Shown piece after piece: positions 56,030 to 64,000 of a stretch of DNA of 64,000 nt (positions are counted from its first letter, which is position 1; each line of letters starts with the position of its first letter). Source of the DNA: Octopus sinensis (Eukaryota); assembly GCF_006345805.1 (NCBI RefSeq), contig NC_043004.1:57474001-57538000 (forward strand), written 5' to 3'. The notes beneath the pieces were generated by a model that saw nothing but the letters and a program-made list of their open reading frames with translations, searched no databases and was not told the origin of the DNA. Position numbers and translations under genes: made by a program.

Positions 56030-56510
56030 TGTAAACTGGAAGGCGCCAGGTAAGATGAGTATACAGAGGAATGCCCAAAGAAAGGAGGAGTGACAGTGAT
56101 TGAATGGTTAGTGAGGCTTATGAATGTTTGTTATATGGCTGGAAGAGTACCAAAGCACTGGTGCAGTACCTTTATAGTTCTACGATACAAGGGGAAAGGG
56201 GATAAATGTGAGTGTGGAAATTTGAGGAGGTATAAATCTGTTGTGTGTGGTTGGTAAACTGTATGGGAGAATTCTGATTGTAAGCGTAAGAATTCTGATT
56301 GTAAGGACAGGATCAGTGTGGTTTTAGGAGAGGAAGGGGGGGTGCAGATCAAATATTTGTAGTAAGGCAGATGTGTGAGAAGTTTTTGGCAAAAGGTTGT
56401 GGGGGTAGATTTATTGGGCCTTTATGAACCTACGGAAAGCATATGACCATGTTGATAGCGATGCAATCTGGTTTGTGTTGCGGTTGTATGGAGTAGATAG
56501 TAGATTTTAT
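56030..56510 (+). pseudogene. RTE-clade LINE reverse transcriptase fragment
   Basis: Frameshifted GKAPG.D, KGGVTVIEWLVRLMNVC, GRVPKHW, YKGKGDKCECGN, NLLCVVGKLYGRIL, QCGFR, DQIFVVRQMCEKF, LRKAYDHVD. Confidence 0.85.
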
Positions 56511-56714
56511 ATGTTCATATTAAGATTGGCCTGAGAAACGAGGTTATAAGAAAAAGGTTCATTGAGCCCTGAAAAATATATTACCAAAATGATGACCCAC
56601 CGAAAGTACAAAATGAGGTTTAATAACGAAAAGACAATCAGCTAAAAAGAGGAATCCTGAACGGAGACTTTTCCTGCAAACATATGTCAAAGCTGATAAA
56701 TAACGTAGAGATGG

Positions 56715-56945
56715 TCAAGACAAAGATTTTTAAAGAAGCAAACAAAAGGACTGATCTTGGCTGCACAAGAACAGGCCTTACAAAACAACTCAGTCAAATG
56801 TAGCAGTAGCATGTCCGCGTGAATTTTGTGAAAAATCATCTGAGGCAGTTAGACCCATAATTAGTGGCTGCTCAAAACCGCCCCCCCCAAAAAAAAACGG
56901 CATAACAAAGTTGCTGAGCATATACACTGGCAATGTGTAGGAAGT
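56715..56945 (+). pseudogene. R4/Dong-like (RLE-type) non-LTR retrotransposon fragment
   Basis: TKGLILAAQEQALQ...C.REFC...E.V.PIISGCSK...KRHNKVAEHIHWQC. This is the post-RT CCHC knuckle plus RHN motif that precedes restriction-like endonucleases. Confidence 0.7.
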
Positions 56946-56997
56946 ATAGCTAGAATCACCCAATATGTATATATATATATATATATATATACAGACA

Positions 56998-57084
<87 letters not shown>

Positions 57085-57086
<2 letters not shown>

Positions 57087-57380
57087 GAATGACGGTTACG
57101 ACGACAGGGTTTCCAGTGGATCCGATCAGCGGAACAAGCTCCTCGTGAAATTGACGTGCAAGTGGCTGAACGCCCCACAGACACGTGTACCCTTAACGAA
57201 GTTCGCAGCGTGACACAGAATGTGACAAAGATGACCCATTGAAAGGCAGGTAATACTCAGTTTTTGGCATTTCAATAAACATGAAATAAAATGACCTGCT
57301 GAAGGACACAACGCATCACCAGGAATTGAACACACCATCGTAAACTGATACTCTAACCAGTAAGCCACGCCCCTTCACAA
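57085..57380 (-). mobile_element. Chimeric SINE: family D-type head with tail type i
   Basis: Head gtgaaggggcgtggcttactggttagag...ttttatttcatgtt is joined to the tgtcacgctg...ttaagggtacacgtgtctgtgg...gtcgtcgtaaccg tail otherwise seen on family B. Confidence 0.7.
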
Positions 57381-57933
57381 GCTGTAGCATAACCGACTAT
57401 GTATCACTCTGCTACAGAAAGAATTAAAAAAAACGGCTGTCCATTGACATAGATATACATACAGACCAGAATATTGTGAACAGAGAGATCGAGAAAGTCA
57501 AGAATAGCCACTCCAAGCGTGAAGTTTCAACCTTTCAGTCAAGGGAAGACAACTTCAGTGTGTCTGTATTAACCTTGGACCGATTGAACTTGATTGTCTC
57601 AAAAGAATCTTGATATCGAATAGGACTTATCTCCCGAAAGACAAATTTATATTAATGCAGAAATAGACTAAAGGTTAGAAACAATTTTATAGAATTTACG
57701 GAATTAAAATAGATTTAAATTAAGTTATCTTGGAAACCTGCTTTATCAAATTTCAGTTTTCAGATTCGGAGATTCGGGCTAACGATTCAGAACAATCTTA
57801 ATTCGATGAAAAGAATTATTTTTCAACACACACAAACACACACGCTGGCACACACACACACACACCTACACATGTATAACATTATGTATGTATAAATGTA
57901 TATACAGTGTGAATGTGTATATATATATATATG

Positions 57934-57964
<31 letters not shown>

Positions 57965-57974
57965 GTATTTATTT

Positions 57975-58522
57975 ATATTACTTCAACATCCAAACTTCCT
58001 CATTCTACATTGAGAGAAGAACGAGATGGACGCTTCATTTTTATGCTGTTGCCGCATTACGTCGTACGCGAATGAGAGGATTTGCATCCTCAACCAAGAA
58101 TTTTTGATGTAATACATGTCCTTGAAGAAGTAGTTCTGCGCGGCTGAAGAAGGCGACAGACGCACATTATGCATTGTTATAAATCCGTTTAATAAAGGCC
58201 CGAAACATATGTACCGCTGAATCTTTGGCATCATGTTTTTACTTTGATTAATTTACTCCACCACCTACACCACCAAACGGTATATACAGGTGCTTACAAT
58301 TATCAAGTACTCACCCCGAATTTCTGTATATATATATATGTATATATATATATGTGTGTGTGTGGTAAAACATTTTACCTTCGCCCATATAATACAATAA
58401 ATGAATTAATTGGATCGCAATTCTTAACATTTATGTATTAACTTTGTTGGGTGCTTCACTGGCAGAATATTGGATATATGTTATCCCATGGTGGGTTGCA
58501 TTTACAACCCCTATCTCAATTT
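57975..58522 (+). mobile_element. PLE 3' remnant or terminal repeat
   Basis: Weak TLREERDGRFIFMLLPH endonuclease-like end, a hammerhead at 58140-58217, and a segment shared with 31903-32064. Confidence 0.6.
58140..58217 (+). ncRNA. Type-I hammerhead with extended stem II
   Basis: Stem I GCGG/CCGC, intact core CUGAAGA (58144-58150), stem II AGGC/GCCC (first pair A-C), GAAA at 58202-58205, palindrome ACAUAUGU (58205-58212), GUA triplet with cut after 58213. Confidence 0.75.
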
Positions 58523-58544
58523 ATATATATATATATATATATAT

Positions 58545-58764
58545 AAATTGAGATAGGGGTTGTGAGTGCAACCCACGATCGTTAGCCCCTACACGCAATT
58601 TTTTTCTCTCCTTGTTTCTTTTCTGTGAATCTTTCTGTCGAAGAGCGTAGGCTCGAAACGTAAAAGACTTGTTTTATTCTATTCCTGAGCGCCATACTAA
58701 TACATTGTTTGTTTGTACTCCTCCACCTGCCTTCGTCTTTTGTTTATTTTCGTAAACCTTCCCG
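58545..58764 (+). mobile_element. 220-bp ORF-less hammerhead-bearing element between (TA)n tracts
   Basis: Sister of 17622-17824. Begins with the reverse complement of the 32-bp terminus at 58491-58522. Confidence 0.7.
58630..58667 (+). ncRNA. Minimal type-I hammerhead with an A6U core variant
   Basis: UCUUU-CUGUCGA-A-GAGC-GUAG-GCUC-GAAA-CGU-A-AAAGA. All stems are perfect, stem III is ACGU, and the predicted cut is after 58662. Confidence 0.7.
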
Positions 58765-58806
<42 letters not shown>

Positions 58807-59138
58807 AGTAATACTAAGCAATAAAGGGTTTGCAACGAATTGCCTTACCACATACCGAATTTAGAATAGCAGTCAAAGAGTTATTGCTATTTCTTCTCTA
58901 CTAAAAAGTTATAGCTATTTCTTCTACTATACATATACTATATATGTATATATTTATATATATGTATATATTTATATATATATTATATATATAATATATA
59001 TATATATAATATATATATATTATATATTATATATATATATATATTTATATATATGTATGTTATATATATAATATATTTATATATGTTGTATATATATATA
59101 TATATTATATTATATTATATGTAATATAATATATATGT

Positions 59139-59189
<51 letters not shown>

Positions 59190-59329
59190 GTATATATACT
59201 TTGATACTTTGATACTTTGATAGGTTTCGGCCATTTTGGCCCAGGCCATGTCTAACTTAATAGCACCACCTGGTGAAGTCTTTCAAGTCAGAATTTGGGC
59301 ACTATGGCCCACTCAAGTAGAGAGTTTTG

Positions 59330-62300
59330 TTTACAGAGACATATCCTGGTGTGGGGTTTATCCGGGATTTCTTGAAGGAATCTGTCCAAAGACTTCTTGA
59401 ACCCTATAGGGTCAGTTTCTGCTTTAATGTGTTGTGGTGTAATGTTAAAGAAGCGGGGCCAATTGAGGTAAATAATTGTGCCGTATTGTTGTTATCAGAT
59501 GAGAGTGCGATTTTTGTTTTGGGCGGATGGCACGGGGCCCAAGCCTTGGATGTACCTTAAAGTGATGCCAACATCATTTGGGCAATGCTGATGGAATATT
59601 TTCCACATCATGCAGATGATGTAGCGCTCACGACGACGTTGGAGAGAATAGAGTTTTAGCTTTTCTAGTCGACCCCAATAGTCGAGGCCTGTCATGCCAT
59701 CTATCTTTTTTGTGATTGCCCTTTGAGGTGCTTCACCTTATGATACCTTGTATTGTGTGGGGAGACCATAGTGGACAACAGTATTCAAGGTGGGGTCGGG
59801 CAAAAGTGGAGAGAGAAGGATAATGGTGTGGATATCTCTCGACTGGAAAGTTCTGAGAATCCAGGAACACTTCTGCGGGCCATGTCAACTTTGGTGTTTA
59901 TATGAGTGGCCCAGCTTATGTTGTTGTCCACAATTACTCCCAAGTCTCTGATGTTGTTGGACGCCGCGAGAGTTTCACCTGAAGGAAGGGAGTATGGGAG
60001 TTTCAGGGCATCCTCTTTTCCAAAGTGGATTAACTCAAATTTATCCTCGTTCAGCAGCATATTGTTTTTTTCTGCCCATTGGATAACAGCCAGTAGATCT
60101 GACTGAAGACATGTCCGGTCCACTCGCCTCATTATGACCCTCTGTAGCTTGGAATCATCTGCAAAGATTTTTATGTTGCTGTGCTTGATGATGTCATTAA
60201 TGTCATTAATGTAAATGATGAAAAGAAGTGGGCCCAGCACAGTGCCTTGCTTTGGGGGCTTGATTTTACCCCTTCAACTACAACATGTTGAGATCTGTCT
60301 GTCAGGAAACACTTGATCCATTTCAGTAACTTTCAGAGACACCAATGTTGGATAGTTTTTTCAATAGGATCTTGTGATCGACCTGTCGAAGGCCTTACTG
60401 AAATCAAGGTAGATGACATCGGTGTTGGAGCCCTCTCCCAAAGCTCTCAAAATGTCCTCAAAGTGATGCAGGAGCTGCGTTAGGCAGTCCCTTCCATTAC
60501 GGAACCCATGTTGGTTGGAGATCAGCCGTCTGTTGCTTTCCAGAAATTTGGTTATTCGAGATCTCACCACCCTCTCAAATACCTTGATGATATGAGAGGT
60601 GAGTGAGATCGGACGGTAGTTCACTGCAAGGGACTTGTTTCCCTTTTGAAAACTGGGACAACAGACTGGGACAGAAGTATTTTTGGAATATAGCCAGCAT
60701 CCAGTGAGTTTCTCCACAGATTAGCAAGGGGAGATGCAAGTTGGTGTCGACACACCTTCAGGACACAAGCAGGGAACCTATCGGGGCCTACTGCTGAATT
60801 GTGTTTTATTTCGTTTATCGCCGCTAAGACATCAGGGGCACTAAACGTTATGTCCGATATAGTGTGTTGGGGGTTGACATCACTGATACAGCCCAGATCG
60901 GCCATATCAGGATTGCTGAAAACAGAGCAGTATTGTTTCTGCAGTATCTCGGCCATGGATTTGGCGTTATCTTGGAGAGTGCCAGTTTCATCAATTAGAG
61001 GGCCAACAATGGAGACAGTGACCCTGCGTTTCCTCGCAAATGAAAAGAACACTTTGGGGTTGAGTTTGATTTTTTCAATGGCCCACTTCTCCTCAGCTGA
61101 TCTTTGGTTATTGATGAGGGTCTTCATGCATTGTGGAGGTTATATTTTTGGATTCAAGCAGTGCGATAGCCGTCGAATGTGTGTGTTGCTGTGGCAGTAC
61201 TTAGTTTGTTAATTTTTTTGTTTGTTCTTTTTATTTTTCTGATAATGGTTTTTCTGTTTTGGGGGATTCTGCACTTTTTGTCACAGTTTTGGTGGGGAGT
61301 GTTTGCACATATGTCTGTGACGGTGTCTACAAAGATCTGCCAAGATGTTTTATGGTTGGTGGAGATGTGTGTATGTGTAAAGGACAGTCAACATGTGATA
61401 GCTCGTTCCTGATTGCATCCCAGTTGGCATTATGGAGATCCATGTTGTCAATTGGGTGGGCTGGAGGGAGGTCACTAGGATTAGCTTTCGGCTGGTGGAA
61501 TTTCATGTTACAGAGAACCATGTCATGGTCTGAAAGAAGGGTTTTTTCCACTGTAACGTTATGTATAGTGTTAGTGTGGTTACTAAACACTAGGTCCAAA
61601 ATGTTCTGATGTCTTGTTGGTGCAAGGACAAGTTGGGACAAGAAAAACTCATTCGTAAAGTCGAAAAGTGACTCTGCTGCTTCTTTGTCAGCGGTTGAGG
61701 CGGGAGTGCTTGGTTTCAAACAGTTTGTAGTCCAGTCAACACAGGGTAGATTGAAGTCTCCCATCATGAGTAGGTTGCTAGAATGGCACTGTTGAATAAA
61801 GCACTTAATGCTGTTGAGGCATTCTTTAAAGCACAGTATGGGTGTTTGGGGCGGCCTATAGAGCCCAATTACTGCCAGGTCATTGGCTTTGTTGTGCACG
61901 GTGACTGATTCACAGTAGCCGTTGGAGAATATATTATTTCCATCTGCCGTAAACGAATCATGCAGGAAAATGGCAGTTCCACTCTTCCTTCTGCCGATAC
62001 GATCCGCGCGGATGGTTGTGAAATTATTCACTCTCACTTCGGCTTCCAAGTGGGAGTTGTCAAGGTGGGTCTCAGTGAGAATGAAGAAAGGGATGTGGTG
62101 TAGATGGTTACCAACCCAGTCTTCAATGAATTGGACCTTCCATTTTTGTGCATTGATGGAAGGGCTGACACCTTCTGCATTGAGTAGAAATGTGGAGGTT
62201 AGTGTAGTGGCTGGTTCTGACTGTTGCAGGGGGCTTGGATTTTTTGTGTGTGCTAGTGGCAGCAATGTGGGGAATCGGTGCACTGGGGTAATGGCATAGG

Positions 62301-62352
62301 ATGGTGTTGAGTGGGCTAGAATATTTTTGTGTATCTCTTTTGCCATGTTCAC
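59330..62352 (-). pseudogene. LINE ORF2: apurinic-like endonuclease and reverse transcriptase, broken by several frameshifts
   Basis: APE: LLNAEG, LTETHL, RADR, LYRPP, MGDFNLP, PTR..NILDLVF, LSDHDMV. RT: YRPISLTSH, QHGFR, YLDFSKAFD, LGPLLFIIYIND, IFADDSKL. Confidence 0.95.
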
Positions 62353-62522
62353 ATGGCTAAAAAAGAATTTTCCTGCTTAGGGAGCAGTTTTTGGCTGGAG
62401 GTGTGTGGTTGCACTGTTGGATAGGTTTGTAGTTTCCACTTTTGTGTTGTTGTTTTTGTGTCTTCCTGAAAAGACTGGACCAGCATTACTGCAGCATGGT
62501 GTGTTTCTATTTTTATTTTTAT

Positions 62523-62825
62523 TCAGGTTTGTGTGTTGGCTTGAAGCCCCGTTTCTGTTTGTGCGTCGGTCCCTGGAAGATGAGTGAAGGGACAGTCGCT
62601 CAGCAGACATGTTCTCTCACGTTGGGAATACCGGCAGATTTTGGGACTCCGAGTTGTGTGTGTTTTGAATTTCGATTTACTATTTGGTGGTGTTGATGTT
62701 ATTGTGGGATGCGTGCTTTGGCCTTGGCCGGTAGTGCGTCTAGTGCCGGGTAGATGCGTGAAGATGCAGTCACTATTTGTGCAGAGTCTCTGGCGCAGTG
62801 AATAGTGGGGTTTCTTGTTTGTGCC

Positions 62826-62826
<1 letters not shown>
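62523..62826 (-). pseudogene. LINE ORF1 remnant with two CCCH-type zinc fingers
   Basis: [19 protein letters not shown] at 62580-62636 is C-x8-C-x4-C-x3-[20 protein letters not shown] at 62754-62810 has the first Cys replaced by Pro. Both are followed by LPGT. Confidence 0.7.
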
Positions 62827-62857
<31 letters not shown>

Positions 62858-63115
62858 ATGTATATATATATATGTATATATATATATGAATATATATATG
62901 TATATATTTATATATGATAATATATATATATGTATATATATATGTATATATATATATGTATATAAGAAATAGTAAAGTGTGAAAAAACGACATAGGCTTA
63001 AATTTAAAAAAATATATATATGTGTAATATATTTTTTAACATTTAATCTGTCGTTTTACACTTTATATTTTCTTATATTATACGTGCTTTACCAAACAAA
63101 TCTTATCTATATATG

Positions 63116-63167
<52 letters not shown>

Positions 63168-63600
63168 GTAGTATATATGTATATATATGTATATATATAT
63201 ATATGTATATATAGTATATATATATGTATATATATATGTATATATATATATGTATATATATATACGTATATATATATATGTATATATATATATGTATATA
63301 TATATGTATATATATGTATATATATGTATATATATGTTGTATATATGTATGTATATATATGTATGTATTATATATATGTATGTATATATATATGTATGTG
63401 TATATATATATATGTATGTATATATATAATATAAATATATATATATATGTATGTATATATATATATATATTATATATATATATTATGTATGTATATATAT
63501 ATATATATAGATATATATATATATATATATGCATGCATTCATACATATATATGTGTGTGTGTGTTGAAAAATATTATATATATATATACATATAAGCACC
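62827..63600. repeat. Interrupted (TA)n microsatellite blocks
   Basis: Seen directly. Confidence 0.95.
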
Positions 63601-64000
63601 ATATGTCTATAACAAGAAACGAAGACCAGGCACTTCAGATTATGACACAAAATGAATCCCAACCAAAGGCATACCACACATATGTATGCAAATATACCCC
63701 TCCCCAGATATATATCTTATATATAAATGTCATTTTCTATCCTTCTGTGTGCTACAATTTTGATGGCTAAACTAGCGAACAAAACTTTACCAAACTTTGC
63801 ATACAAACTAACATCCAGTTTAATTAAAGGCTAATCGGATTTCATTAAAATCTATAGTTGGCCCCCAGCGGGGTTGAGCAAATTGTATGATAAAAAGAGA
63901 AGGGTGCAAAGAGCATTAGTGTGAGGGAAATGTGGTGGCAGAGTGAGTGTGGCGGATATCAGAGAAGGGGCGAACAACGTTGTGTTAGCGACAAATATGG

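Larger units (their letters stand above)
59198..62826 (-). mobile_element. Near full-length CR1-clade LINE, frameshifted, 5'-truncated in ORF1
   Basis: APE and RT domains are colinear. The 3' end has three 8-bp repeats (plus-strand actttgat at 59198-59221), a CR1 hallmark. Both ends abut (TA)n. Confidence 0.95.

Noticed and set aside
59222-59250. Stem followed by GAAAC at LINE and SINE A 3' ends resembles hammerhead stem II plus GAAA
   Set aside because: No CUGANGA upstream and no stem III or UH site. It is better explained as the LINE 3' recognition stem-loop.

Overview
This is eukaryotic, AT-rich DNA packed with (TA)n/(CA)n microsatellites. I could not recognise any host protein-coding gene, rRNA, true tRNA or CRISPR array, and almost all of the supplied ORFs are microsatellite artefacts. 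The repeat families look like those of an octopus-type cephalopod genome (my recognition, not verified). Mobile elements: a nearly full CR1-clade LINE on the minus strand (59198-62826; APE + RT, 8-bp tail repeats, ORF1 remnant with tandem CCCH fingers); a 5'-truncated second CR1-clade LINE (45305-47315); RTE-like and R4/Dong-like fragments; a deleted mariner; a DD37D (maT/mori-type) transposon; a small Helitron; and about 25 tRNA-headed SINE copies from at least 4 families, several with clear target-site duplications. The main hidden structure is about 9 minimal type-I hammerhead ribozyme motifs linked to Penelope-like element (PLE) remnants. Their stem III positions hold different self-complementary palindromes (ACGU, ACCCUGGGU, ACAGCUGU, ACUUCGAAGU, ACAUAUGU). 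They sit alongside a ~730-bp near-perfect palindrome, an inverted GIY-YIG duplication, and ~200-bp ORF-less ribozyme elements inserted in (TA)n tracts. One 100-N assembly gap lies at 48969-49068. All alignments and folds were done by eye, and none of the ribozymes has been tested.
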